The translations under genes and the position numbers were made by a program. The notes below the pieces were generated by a model. The model was not told where the DNA came from, did no database searches, and saw only the letters and a program-made list of their open reading frames with translations. This document shows, piece by piece, positions 9,935 to 19,435 of a DNA stretch of 53,656 bases. The number at the start of each line of letters is the position of its first letter. Position 1 is the first letter of the stretch. This DNA comes from Ignavibacteria bacterium (lineage in GTDB: Bacteria > Bacteroidota > Ignavibacteria > Kapaibacteriales > Kapaibacteriaceae), in contig CANGZU010000003.1 of assembly GCA_947458785.1 (NCBI GenBank), positions 1 to 53,656 on the forward strand, written 5' to 3'.

Positions 9935-10681
9935 TTAAATCACCTTTGCTTCTTCGTGAAGTAAACGTACCAATTCCTGAATGTCGCTGTCACTATCACC
10001 GAGAATCCTGTTCAAACGCTTTGACTCTGGCAACGACATTGCGAGGGTTGTAACACGTGGTGATACATTTGGGGCATCACGCTCTGTGATGGGCTTTGAC
10101 TTAGCCTTCATAATGTCTGGAAGCTTCGGATAGCGTGGGTCATAGAGCCCCTTCTGTGCGCTAATGACGCACGGAAGGGATGCTGTTACCTGAAGTTTTC
10201 CACCCTCGATATCAGACTCAGCGATCACAGACGTGCCGTCAATCTGCAAAGACGATACCGTTGCAACATCTGGCCATCCGAGAATCTCAGCTACCATTGA
10301 CGGTAGTTGGAACGAGTCGAAGTCAATCGACTGTCTACCAAATACGATAAGGTCGGGGGTGACTTCCTTGGCGTACTCAGCGATAGCACAAGCAACGACA
10401 AATGAGTCAGCACGACTTCCATCTTTGACCAGTACTGCCGCGTCAGAGCCCATAGCCAGTGCGGTGCGGAGAACCTCTTTTGCAGTATCAGGACCAACCG
10501 TAATCGTGGTTACTGTCCCTCCGTGCTGTTCCTTCATGCGCAGTCCTGTTTCGATTGCAAACTCATCGTAGGGATTGAGTATGAACTTGACGCCAGCCGG
10601 ATTCATCGTTGTTCCGTCCGCCGCTACTGCAATCTTCGTAGTTGTATCAGGTACTTGACTGATACACACAAGTATGTTCAT
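9935..10681 (-). CDS. etfB: Electron transfer flavoprotein subunit beta
   Basis: It begins MNILVCISQVPDTTTKI and is typical EtfB throughout. I used the start at 10681 rather than the 18-codon upstream extension in the ORF track. It ends 2 nt before etfA. Confidence 0.92.
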   Translation of the reverse strand: MNILVCISQVPDTTTKIAVAADGTTMNPAGVKFILNPYDEFAIETGLRMKEQHGGTVTTITVGPDTAKEVLRTALAMGSDAAVLVKDGSRADSFVVACAIAEYAKEVTPDLIVFGRQSIDFDSFQLPSMVAEILGWPDVATVSSLQIDGTSVIAESDIEGGKLQVTASLPCVISAQKGLYDPRYPKLPDIMKAKSKPITERDAPNVSPRVTTLAMSLPESKRLNRILGDSDSDIQELVRLLHEEAKVI

Positions 10682-10735
10682 AGGTGACTCAAGAATTGTT
10701 GATTGTTGTCGAATTGGGTTGCAAAGATACGGCAA

Positions 10736-12103
10736 TCAGATCACACCTGTTGCCCATGCCAGATTGGCTTTTGCACGCATGACGTCGGCTCGTGCAGAGA
10801 CCAGGCGCTGCAGTGCCTCAGAGAGCATTCGTTCTCGGATGTTGACAAGCAGCAGTGAGGAGTCACCGGCTACAAAACGACTCTGCTCCGCGGAGACCAT
10901 AGCCTGCGCTGCAGTAACCTCACGTACCGCAACATCCACCCGTTCAAGCGCCTTGCGATAGCCCACGAAGGCAATATCTACGTCTATATCGACAAGTCGC
11001 TCGATCAACGTTAGTGTGATCTGTGCACGATCAACGGCAATCGATGTTGTTTGAAGTTGGGCTGATGCCTGCCGAAAGAGAAGGGGCTGTTGAACGCGCA
11101 GTCCAACCTTGTAGTCAACGGCATTGGGTTTGGAGACGTCATAACTGATCAAACCAGCATCGATCTCAACAAATGGACGCATGAATTCAGATGCCAAACT
11201 GGAGTCGAATCGCGAAGTTTCAACCATGAAAGATGCACGTTGGATCTCAGGACGCACCAGGCGAGCTCTATTGCGGATTGAGTCGGCATTGTCGGGAGTA
11301 TCAAACGTCGTGGGTAAATCCTGAGAACTGAAGCTGCGATTCTGGTATGGCTGACGTGCATTCCATAGCATACCGTAAACATCGAGATACACCTGCTCTT
11401 CGATACGTTCTGCACGGATGCGTTCACCTTCACGACGAAGCACTTCTTGTAGAGCTTCGACCGTGTCAATAGTAGCCGTTTCACCAGCCGACGATCTGCG
11501 ACGCACAAAGTCGAGACGGACTCTGGCAATCGACAGTAGGGAATCAGCAACCAGACGCTGTTGCGTTGCTTCGCACCAATCCCAGTAACGCAATGACGCC
11601 GTCCGAAGTAGAGCATTGCGCTCTATCGTAAACTGGGCCCTTGCGATGTTAGGTCGAAGCATTGCCTTCCGCAGCGCATTGCGGCGTGCATCGGTAAAGA
11701 CGCCCTGAAACACAGGCAATGCGAACCCAAGGGATGCTTCACCGGCCGGAGTTGTCAGGGCTTCAGGGTCGATTTGGAAACCTTGGCCACGGCGATAGTT
11801 CGCCTTGAGCTTCGGACCGAACATCATATCGAGTGGCAGTTCCAATGAACCATCAATCGTTGAGACTTTGTCATCACCGGACTTAAGCTTCGAGTCGTAT
11901 TGGAATGACAACATCGGATCAAAACGACCCAATGCAGATCTAATCTCAGCTTCTGCGATATCAGGCTCGTAGTTCGCTGACTGTAGCGCAGGATGCTGTT
12001 GCTCAACGAGCAGCAGAAACTCCTGCAACGTCAACACAGTGCCCTGTCCGCTCGTGGCAGCTATACAGAGAGGAATTGCGGCAAGGAGAAGGATGAACTT
12101 CAT
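10736..12103 (-). CDS. TolC-family outer membrane efflux protein
   Basis: It has a signal peptide (MKFILLLAAIPLCIAATSGQ) and two OEP-type repeats. Its start overlaps the adaptor gene stop by ATGA. Confidence 0.85.
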   Translation of the reverse strand: MKFILLLAAIPLCIAATSGQGTVLTLQEFLLLVEQQHPALQSANYEPDIAEAEIRSALGRFDPMLSFQYDSKLKSGDDKVSTIDGSLELPLDMMFGPKLKANYRRGQGFQIDPEALTTPAGEASLGFALPVFQGVFTDARRNALRKAMLRPNIARAQFTIERNALLRTASLRYWDWCEATQQRLVADSLLSIARVRLDFVRRRSSAGETATIDTVEALQEVLRREGERIRAERIEEQVYLDVYGMLWNARQPYQNRSFSSQDLPTTFDTPDNADSIRNRARLVRPEIQRASFMVETSRFDSSLASEFMRPFVEIDAGLISYDVSKPNAVDYKVGLRVQQPLLFRQASAQLQTTSIAVDRAQITLTLIERLVDIDVDIAFVGYRKALERVDVAVREVTAAQAMVSAEQSRFVAGDSSLLLVNIRERMLSEALQRLVSARADVMRAKANLAWATGVI

Positions 12104-13320
12104 TTCTTGTCTGCTTTTTTCTCAGGAGAGGTGTTGTCTTTCTTGGTTGCAACGGGGAACTGCGGTGGGAAGCCCATAAGCTGACGCCACAACTCGTATC
12201 CGATGGAAACCTGGTCTAGCATGATCCATCCGGTAGCAGAAGCCCCCTGACGGAGGAATCTGTTTGTTGGCCAAACATCGAAATGTTCTGGTTCAGCCGG
12301 CACAACGAGAACGCGGAACCGCCCTGATCCATCGTCAACTGCATCAACAACCTTAACGCGACCATGAAAGATGCCTATGTTGATGTTTTGCCAACCAGAG
12401 AACTGAAAAGCAGGAAAACCGCTGAACTGTAGGGCAACGAGCCGGCCTGGCTCAACGAGGGCCGCATCCATATCACTGACGTACAGTTCAACGGCTCTGT
12501 CGTCGGTTCGTGGAACGACGAGTGCCAGTTCATCGCCCTCTTTTACGATCTGTCCTTCACCAACCTTCGCGATGCGAACCACGATGCCGTCGGTAGGGGA
12601 GACAACATAGGCTGCGCCCTTCCGCACTTTCGCATTCGCAAGTCGAAGATCAATCTCCTGCATCGTCACCGACGCTTGATTGATGATCCGTTCCTCATCG
12701 GCAGCAAACAATGCAACGTCCTGGAATGCACTCTGTAGGCTTGCCTGGGCCGTAGCCGAGTCTAGCCGAGCCTTCTGCATGTTGAGCTGGGCGGTTTCAA
12801 GCTCGCGAGCCGAGATGAGGTCTTGTTTAAAAAGTGTGTCGGCGCGGCGCGCACGAATTGAAGCCGTGGCTAACTCTACTCCCACGTTCGTAACCCTTGC
12901 AAGGGCAGCATTGTATCGCTGCTCTGCTTGGCGCCTGCGCTGAATTGCAGCCTCAATTGAATTCTCCTGTGCAGTAAACGTCTTCTGTTGCATCTCCTCA
13001 AGTCTTGTAAGCATCTCCGTGTCCATAAAGTTCACGTTGATATCCGAGAGTACAACAATCGTGTCACCTTTCTTAACAACAGACCCTTCTCGGACCAGCC
13101 ATTTGACAATTCGACCACTGATAACGCTCTCAACGGTCTGTGGACGCGCGTTAGGTGTGAACGACGTAACAGTGCCGGATCCAACAACCGTCTGTCGCCA
13201 TGGCACAAAGACGAGAAACATCGTTGTCATAACGATCAACACCGTTAGGACCGATACAAGGCGGCTGTGGAGCTTCGGTGTATTGACCAGTGGGTGATGA
13301 GTATTGTCTTGGGTGTTCAT
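12100..13320 (-). CDS. HlyD-family membrane fusion / secretion adaptor protein
   Basis: It has a single N-terminal TM segment, a lipoyl-like hairpin (GDTIVVL / GDELALV), a long coiled-coil region and a beta-barrel C-terminus. Confidence 0.85.
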   Translation of the reverse strand: MNTQDNTHHPLVNTPKLHSRLVSVLTVLIVMTTMFLVFVPWRQTVVGSGTVTSFTPNARPQTVESVISGRIVKWLVREGSVVKKGDTIVVLSDINVNFMDTEMLTRLEEMQQKTFTAQENSIEAAIQRRRQAEQRYNAALARVTNVGVELATASIRARRADTLFKQDLISARELETAQLNMQKARLDSATAQASLQSAFQDVALFAADEERIINQASVTMQEIDLRLANAKVRKGAAYVVSPTDGIVVRIAKVGEGQIVKEGDELALVVPRTDDRAVELYVSDMDAALVEPGRLVALQFSGFPAFQFSGWQNINIGIFHGRVKVVDAVDDGSGRFRVLVVPAEPEHFDVWPTNRFLRQGASATGWIMLDQVSIGYELWRQLMGFPPQFPVATKKDNTSPEKKADKK

Positions 13321-13331
13321 GATTCAGATCT

Positions 13332-15107
13332 TTACGACAAACGTGACTTCATGACGGCCTGAACGAACGGAGATCCGCTGTTGACTTCTGCCAGAGAACC
13401 GTGACACTGAACGGCACCTTCTGCTACTACGTACACGTGTTCACATAAGCCTAGCACGATCGGATCGACGGTAATGTAAACAATGGACGTGACCGAAAGC
13501 CCATTCAGAGACTGCGTAAGTTCATGGCGAATAGTAGGTTCGAGAAGATCGATTACATTATTGATAACAAGAACCTGCGGCTCAACAACCAGCGCTCGAG
13601 CAATAAGGATTCGCAGCCTTAGGCTGTGAGGTAGATTGCGCCCTAGTGTGTCCGTTGGTGTATAGATACCCTGTGGAAGCGAGCGAATCTCCGAATCGAG
13701 TAGGGATGTCTTGAGGACATCATCTATACGGACGGCATCGATACTTCGCCCCATAACAATGTTATCGTAGATCGTACCCTGATGAATAACATCATCGCGG
13801 TCAAGGTACGAAACGCTACTATGAAGCGATTCGACGTTCAAGACATTACTATGCTCGCCAAAAATCTCGACTCTTCCACTCGAGGGAATTTTCAGCCCTG
13901 AAAGCAATTTCCCGAGATATGTCAACTCTTGTGGATTTGGCCCTACAAATGCAGCAGGCTTCGTTGTATCCAAGGCCAGTGTTATGCTACTGCCGCTCGA
14001 TTGAGCTCCTTCATTTGCAAGGCTAACATCGTGAACCGTAATGCCCTTCCTGTAGGTTACAGCTGAGAGCCTTGCGGGCCCATCCTCTTCAAGCGGAAGA
14101 TCATTCACGGCCTCGATCTTCGTGAGCGCGGCTGCAAACTCATAAAACACATCAAAAAGCGTCAGTAGCTTGTCCATGGCATTCATCATTAAGACAATGA
14201 TGATTTCAGCAGCAACCAGTTGACCAAGAGATATCTGCTGTTCAATGACGAGATTGCCGCCAATGGCTAAGATACCAACCGTAGCAAATGATCGAAATAT
14301 ATACGACCCCATGATCTGTCGTGCATAGATGCGGAAGTGGATTTCTTTCGCATCTGCATAGTCCAGTGCAAGCTTGTCAACTCGTGAAGATGCATAGTCA
14401 TAGGCACTGCGCATCTTGATCCCACGATGGCTGCGGGAGACCTCCTCTATCCATTCGAGCGTTTTGTACTTCATCGACGATTCGTTGACGGCCGTGTAAA
14501 TAGCACGTCGACCGAAGACGAAAACGAGCACCGGGATAAAGAGAAGAAATACGATGTCATAAATCAGAAACAACGGATGATAGATCGCCAGAACAATAAA
14601 TCCTGTAACGATCGACAACATCGCCGAAACACCATCTGTGAGAAACTTAGACATAGCTTTCTGCACAGTGACTACATCGAAAAATCTGTTCGCAAGCTCA
14701 GGTGCATAGACATCTTCATACACACCATCCTGCACACGTGGTAGTCGGTCGACCATTTCTCGTGCTGTAACGAGAAACTGGCGGCGCTGCATGTAGTCTA
14801 TCACGTGCTTCTGGAAGATCAATATGATCGCCATTGCAAGCATGGCAACAAGTACAACGATGCACAGTACTACGAGCTGCTCACTGTGCACGCCCAGAGC
14901 TACAGCATTAACGATGGCTTGGCTGCTGAGTGGGACAACCAGTCCGAGAATACTTGCCACAATCCCGTATATGAATACAACGATGATGTCTCTACGTTCT
15001 TCTCGGTAGAGCCTCTTGATCAGCGGCCAAATGTCACTATATCGCTTGCGAGCTACATAATGCTTAGGCGTCTTGGCGCTGGTTCCGGTTTTGCTAAAAA
15101 CAGACAT
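13332..15107 (-). CDS. ABC-exporter-fold protein (TMD plus NBD-like domain) with degenerate ATPase motifs
   Basis: The N-terminal ~330 aa have hydrophobic segments typical of type I ABC exporter TMDs. The C-terminal domain is NBD-like, but Walker A reads GPNPQELT, the signature reads LPHSLRLR, Walker B reads LVINNV and the H-loop reads ITVDP. Confidence 0.75.
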   Translation of the reverse strand: MSVFSKTGTSAKTPKHYVARKRYSDIWPLIKRLYREERRDIIVVFIYGIVASILGLVVPLSSQAIVNAVALGVHSEQLVVLCIVVLVAMLAMAIILIFQKHVIDYMQRRQFLVTAREMVDRLPRVQDGVYEDVYAPELANRFFDVVTVQKAMSKFLTDGVSAMLSIVTGFIVLAIYHPLFLIYDIVFLLFIPVLVFVFGRRAIYTAVNESSMKYKTLEWIEEVSRSHRGIKMRSAYDYASSRVDKLALDYADAKEIHFRIYARQIMGSYIFRSFATVGILAIGGNLVIEQQISLGQLVAAEIIIVLMMNAMDKLLTLFDVFYEFAAALTKIEAVNDLPLEEDGPARLSAVTYRKGITVHDVSLANEGAQSSGSSITLALDTTKPAAFVGPNPQELTYLGKLLSGLKIPSSGRVEIFGEHSNVLNVESLHSSVSYLDRDDVIHQGTIYDNIVMGRSIDAVRIDDVLKTSLLDSEIRSLPQGIYTPTDTLGRNLPHSLRLRILIARALVVEPQVLVINNVIDLLEPTIRHELTQSLNGLSVTSIVYITVDPIVLGLCEHVYVVAEGAVQCHGSLAEVNSGSPFVQAVMKSRLS

Positions 15108-15118
15108 AGAGATTTTGA

Positions 15119-17965
15119 TTATCCAAGGCGTTGAAGTTCCATGTTGACGTATTTACCCGTTAGACTATTGGGAGACAATGCCACCAACTCCGGAGTTCCC
15201 GCGGCAATGATTTGCCCACCATGACGACCGCCGCCTGGACCTAGGTCGATGATGTGGTCCGCGCTTATAATGACGTCCATGTTGTGCTCGATCACGATCA
15301 CTGAATTGCCACGGTCGACGAGTCTGTGGAGCAACTGCAGAAGAACGGAAACGTCCTCAAAATGTAAGCCTGTAGTAGGTTCATCAAGAAGATAAAGAGT
15401 TTTACCAGTACTTGATTTCGAGAGCTCTGCAGCAAGTTTTACACGCTGTGCCTCGCCCCCTGAAAGGGTAGGTGCCTGCTGACCGAGCGTTATATAGGTC
15501 AGACCAACGTCCATCAGCGCCTTTAGCTTGGTCGCCAACTTGGGAATATCCTTAAAGAAATCGTATGCTTCTTCTACGGTCATCGACAGAACATCGGCAA
15601 TTGACTTGCCCTTATAGACTACATGCAGGGTCTCAGCATTGTAACGCTTTCCATTGCACGTGTCGCAGGGCACGTAAACATCTGGAAGGAAGTTCATTTC
15701 GATCTTCGACAGACCTACACCTTCGCATGTATCGCAGCGGCCACCAGAGACGTTAAAGCTAAATCGGCCAGCTTGATATCCGCGGATCTTTGATTCCGGG
15801 AGCATCGTGTAAAAATCGCGAATAAGCGTAAAGAGTCCAGTATATGTTGCCGGATTTGAACGCGGTGTGCGTCCAATCGGTGTCTGATCAATCTCGATGA
15901 CTTTGTCAATGTGTTCAAGCCCATGGATATCACGATAGGGAAGGGGGCTTGATTCGGCGTTGTAGAAATGCTTCGCTAAGATCGGATACAACGTATCGTT
16001 AACAAGTGAACTCTTGCCGGAGCCACTCATACCAGTGACGCAAGTAAATGTGCCAAGCGGCACGTGAAGGTCTACATTTTGCAGATTATTACCAGTTGCA
16101 CCGTGTAGGTCGATAGCTGTACCATGACCTGACCGGCGAATCGGAGGAATGTACACTCTGCGACGTCCCTCGAGGAAATCGCGAGTAATTGACTCGACGT
16201 GCCGTTGCGCTGTGCCAAGTGAACTCGGTGTGAACATTTCAACGATCTGACCGCCGTGCACACCAGCGCGTGGTCCAATGTCGATGACTGTGTCAGCTTC
16301 TTCTATCATTTCTCGGTCGTGTTCCACGACCAAGACAGAATTACCAAGATCACGCAACTGCTTCAGTGAGTCGATCAACTTCTTGTTGTCGTGTTGATGC
16401 AAACCAATGCTCGGCTCATCCAGCACATAGGTTACACCAACAAGGCGCGAACCGATCTGAGACGCTAATCGGATTCTCTGAGACTCACCCCCGCTGAGAG
16501 TGCGCGCGCTACGGTTAAGGGTCATGTAGGCCAGACCAACATCAACAAGGAACTGCAGACGGCTATTGATCTCAGAGAGGATCACCCCGGCGATTCGGTT
16601 CTGACGATCATCCAACACGTGTGGCAACTGATGAAACCACTCAAGGGTGCGTTCGATGTCAAGAGAGGAACACGAGGCGATGCTGTGCTTGTCAATCATG
16701 ACATGCAAGTGCTGCGTTCGCAGGCGGCCACCGCCGCAACTGCGGCATGTTACAGTCGAGAAATACTTCTCGATTGATTTGCGAACAGTTGTTGTTGTTG
16801 CGGAATCGTATTGATGACGCAATGAGGGCAGCACACCCAGAAATGTATGTCTAATCGAGCTGCCGCCGTAGTCAACTGTCACATTGGCATCATCTCTACC
16901 GTACAACAGTGCTGATAGTTGGGTATCAGAAACGGCTGTCAACGGAGCATGGATGTCAAGGTTCTGTTCTTGGCACCAGGACTGGACCTGCTTCCACAAC
17001 CATGTGTCGCGCTGCTTGCCTAGTGGCGCAATAGCGCCAGATGCTAGGGACAACGACCTGTCGGGCAGCACAAGGTCGGCGTTAAAGTCGACGAGTTCCC
17101 CCAACCCGTCACATGTCTGACAAGCACCGAAGGGGGAGTTGAACGAGAACATGTTTGGAGCCGGCGCTTGATAGGATTCGCCGCACTGTGGACATGAATA
17201 TTCAGTGCTGAAAAAACGTTCTATCCATGTGTCTGGCGTCTGCTCGATCAGCACGGTTAGGCCCCCTTCACCAAGGTGCAATGCTGTTTCGATGCTGTCT
17301 GTCAAACGTTTTGTGCTCAATGGGTCTATTGCAAGCCGATCAATAACCAGCTCTATGGTATGCGTCTTATACCGCTGAAGTTGCATGCCTTCGGTGAGTT
17401 CGAGCATTTCACCATTGACACGAACACGTGTGAAGCCCTGTCGTCGGTAGGTTTCAAATTGTTCGCGATAGTGGCCTTTACGCCCCTTTACTACGGGGCT
17501 TAAAATCTGAATTCTCGTCGATGCTGGATAAGAGAACAGGGTATCAATAATCTGATCCAACGTCTGCTGCTTCACAGGGATCGAACAAGTGACGCAGAAC
17601 TGGGTTCCAACCTTTGCATAAAGAAGGCGCAGAAAATCATAGATCTCCGTGACCGTTCCAACTGTGGAGCGAGGGTTAAGTCCTATACTTTTCTGTTCGA
17701 TTGAAATCGCTGGTGAAAGCCCTTCGATAACATCAACATCTGGCTTCTTGATAACGCCGAGAAACTGTCGTGCATAGGACGACAAGCTTTCCACATACCG
17801 CCGTTGTCCTTCAGCGAACACTGTATCAAATGCTAGGGAAGACTTGCCCGAACCACTTAATCCAGTGATCACGACGAGTTGATCGCGTGGAATATCAACC
17901 GATATATTCTTCAGGTTGTGCTCACGCGCCCCGCGAATGCGGATGACGTTGTCTGGGGTTTGCAT
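15119..17965 (-). CDS. uvrA: Excinuclease ABC subunit A
   Basis: 948 aa. It starts IRIRGAREHNLKNISVDIPRDQLVVITGLSGSGKSSLAFDT, has two ABC modules (LSGGESQRIRLA and LSGGEAQRVKLA) and zinc-finger Cys clusters. Confidence 0.97.
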   Translation of the reverse strand: MQTPDNVIRIRGAREHNLKNISVDIPRDQLVVITGLSGSGKSSLAFDTVFAEGQRRYVESLSSYARQFLGVIKKPDVDVIEGLSPAISIEQKSIGLNPRSTVGTVTEIYDFLRLLYAKVGTQFCVTCSIPVKQQTLDQIIDTLFSYPASTRIQILSPVVKGRKGHYREQFETYRRQGFTRVRVNGEMLELTEGMQLQRYKTHTIELVIDRLAIDPLSTKRLTDSIETALHLGEGGLTVLIEQTPDTWIERFFSTEYSCPQCGESYQAPAPNMFSFNSPFGACQTCDGLGELVDFNADLVLPDRSLSLASGAIAPLGKQRDTWLWKQVQSWCQEQNLDIHAPLTAVSDTQLSALLYGRDDANVTVDYGGSSIRHTFLGVLPSLRHQYDSATTTTVRKSIEKYFSTVTCRSCGGGRLRTQHLHVMIDKHSIASCSSLDIERTLEWFHQLPHVLDDRQNRIAGVILSEINSRLQFLVDVGLAYMTLNRSARTLSGGESQRIRLASQIGSRLVGVTYVLDEPSIGLHQHDNKKLIDSLKQLRDLGNSVLVVEHDREMIEEADTVIDIGPRAGVHGGQIVEMFTPSSLGTAQRHVESITRDFLEGRRRVYIPPIRRSGHGTAIDLHGATGNNLQNVDLHVPLGTFTCVTGMSGSGKSSLVNDTLYPILAKHFYNAESSPLPYRDIHGLEHIDKVIEIDQTPIGRTPRSNPATYTGLFTLIRDFYTMLPESKIRGYQAGRFSFNVSGGRCDTCEGVGLSKIEMNFLPDVYVPCDTCNGKRYNAETLHVVYKGKSIADVLSMTVEEAYDFFKDIPKLATKLKALMDVGLTYITLGQQAPTLSGGEAQRVKLAAELSKSSTGKTLYLLDEPTTGLHFEDVSVLLQLLHRLVDRGNSVIVIEHNMDVIISADHIIDLGPGGGRHGGQIIAAGTPELVALSPNSLTGKYVNMELQRLG

Positions 17966-17995
17966 ATGAAGCCATCAATTTACGCTATAATCGTC

Positions 17996-18046
17996 TGACT
18001 ATTTGCATACAAAATGACTAATGGTCATATTTGCAACCGCTAGTCA
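17996..18046. promoter_or_regulatory. Candidate operator: three TGACTA hexamers and an ATGAC-N5-GTCAT palindrome in the uvrA / efflux-operon divergent region
   Basis: TGACTA occurs at 17996-18001 and 18015-18020, and its reverse complement TAGTCA at 18041-18046. The palindrome ATGACTAATGGTCAT spans 18014-18028. A TetR-family gene is the second gene of the downstream operon. Confidence 0.4.
18002..18033 (+). promoter_or_regulatory. Candidate FCB-type promoter of the efflux operon (TTTG-N20-CATATTTG)
   Basis: TTTG lies at 18002-18005 and CATATTTG (7/8 match to TAnnTTTG) at 18026-18033, 46 nt upstream of the ATG at 18080. The palindrome lies between and over these elements. Confidence 0.35.
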
Positions 18047-18079
18047 CATTGTACCTTTACAACCGTTAGGGTTTTGTTC

Positions 18080-19417
18080 ATGCTACGACGATTTGGTTAT
18101 GTCACACTGGCTCTGGTTTTGAGCATGCTCAGCACCCGAGCAGCTGCGCGTACGCTTACCCTGGATGAGGCCATTGAGCTGGCACTCAAACAAAACAAGA
18201 GCATTGTTGTGGCTAAGCTCAACATGCAACGTGCTGAGTCTCAGGTATCAGAAGCATACGGCAGTGCTATGCCGTCTCTAAGTGTGAATGCTGGGTTTAA
18301 CCATAACATTCAATTGCCAGTGTTCTTCTTTCCAAACCCAGTAACGGGGGTAGTTGGGCCACTTCGAATTGGACAGACCAATACCTATGCACTGACTGCT
18401 CAGGTTCAACAGGTGCTCTTTAACGGAGCTGTGTTCACGGCCATCCAATCGTCAAAGATCTATACAGACGCTGCTGGTGCACAGTTGGATGCCGCTGTTG
18501 CCGAAGTCGTTACCGAAACAAAGAAAAAGTACTACCAGGCCGTTGCTGCTGCTGCGTACTACAATGTTGCTGTATCTGCACTTGATAACGTCAAGAAGAC
18601 CCGTGAGACAATCACTGCGTTGTTTAATGAGGGGTTAGTTGCGGAGTTTGACAAGATCCGTGCCGACGTAGCTGTTGCCAATGTTGAGCCGCTGGTTCTT
18701 GAAGCCGAGAGTGGTCGGTATGCCGCGCGGGCTGCACTGCAGACCTACTTGGCTATGGACCTATCAGACACCATTGCCGTGTCCGCAGATAACTTGCCTG
18801 ATGTCGCTGATCTTCCGAACATTGAGGATGCAGTTCGGCGTGCGATGGCTTCGAACTATGATCTTCAGGCATTGAACTTGCAAATCGAAGTTGCAAAGAA
18901 GATGATAGACATTCAGGCCTCTGATTACTACCCAACTCTGGCAGCTTTTGGTCAGTGGCAGCAGCAAGGACAAAGCGATACATTCAACAACTGGCTTAGC
19001 GCCACAAGCTCACTTGTTGGGTTGAATTTCTCCATGAATATCTTCAACGGACTGCGCACAAAGGCAAAGGTTGAGCAATCACAGATTGACGTAGCCACTG
19101 CAGAGCAGCGAAAGGCACAGGTAACAGACCTGATTGAACTGCAAACACGCACGATTATAAACCAGCTTGGTTCTGCAAAGGCACGCATAACGGCTCAAAC
19201 ATCTACGGTATCTCAGGCGCAGCGTGGCTACGACATCTCACAGATACGTTACAAAGAGGGCACGGGGAGTTTGCTGGAGATCAGTGATGCGGAAACCGCC
19301 CTGTCGCGGGCTCAAGTCAATGAGATATCAGCTCGGCTCGATTATCACACGACAAAGGCCGACTATGATCGTGTAACGGGACAGATCGATACCCGATACC
19401 GAAACATGGTCCGATAA
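18080..19417 (+). CDS. TolC-family outer membrane efflux protein
   Basis: It has a signal peptide (MLRRFGYVTLALVLSMLSTRAAA) and two OEP repeats. I preferred the ATG at 18080 over the listed TTG at 18074. Confidence 0.88.
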   Translation: MLRRFGYVTLALVLSMLSTRAAARTLTLDEAIELALKQNKSIVVAKLNMQRAESQVSEAYGSAMPSLSVNAGFNHNIQLPVFFFPNPVTGVVGPLRIGQTNTYALTAQVQQVLFNGAVFTAIQSSKIYTDAAGAQLDAAVAEVVTETKKKYYQAVAAAAYYNVAVSALDNVKKTRETITALFNEGLVAEFDKIRADVAVANVEPLVLEAESGRYAARAALQTYLAMDLSDTIAVSADNLPDVADLPNIEDAVRRAMASNYDLQALNLQIEVAKKMIDIQASDYYPTLAAFGQWQQQGQSDTFNNWLSATSSLVGLNFSMNIFNGLRTKAKVEQSQIDVATAEQRKAQVTDLIELQTRTIINQLGSAKARITAQTSTVSQAQRGYDISQIRYKEGTGSLLEISDAETALSRAQVNEISARLDYHTTKADYDRVTGQIDTRYRNMVR

Positions 19418-19435
19418 GAAGCGGAAAGCTCCATT

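Noticed and set aside
10682-10735. An 18-codon N-terminal extension of etfB (MPYLCNPIRQQSTILESP...).
   Set aside because: EtfB proteins begin at the MNILV...QVPD motif. The extension would abut the TolC stop codon and has no homologous counterpart that I recognise.
11149-11616. A 155-aa same-strand, alternative-frame ORF inside the TolC-family gene.
   Set aside because: The TolC frame gives a full-length, motif-consistent protein. The alternative frame is Cys/Arg-rich and has no start context. I saw nothing suggesting a frameshift site.
17986-17991. A perfect sigma70-type TATAAT in the uvrA / efflux intergenic region.
   Set aside because: The only TTGACA-like hexamer upstream is TTGCAT at 17960, with a 20-nt spacing. 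The other promoters in this window follow the TAnnTTTG logic, so this is probably a chance match in AT-rich DNA.
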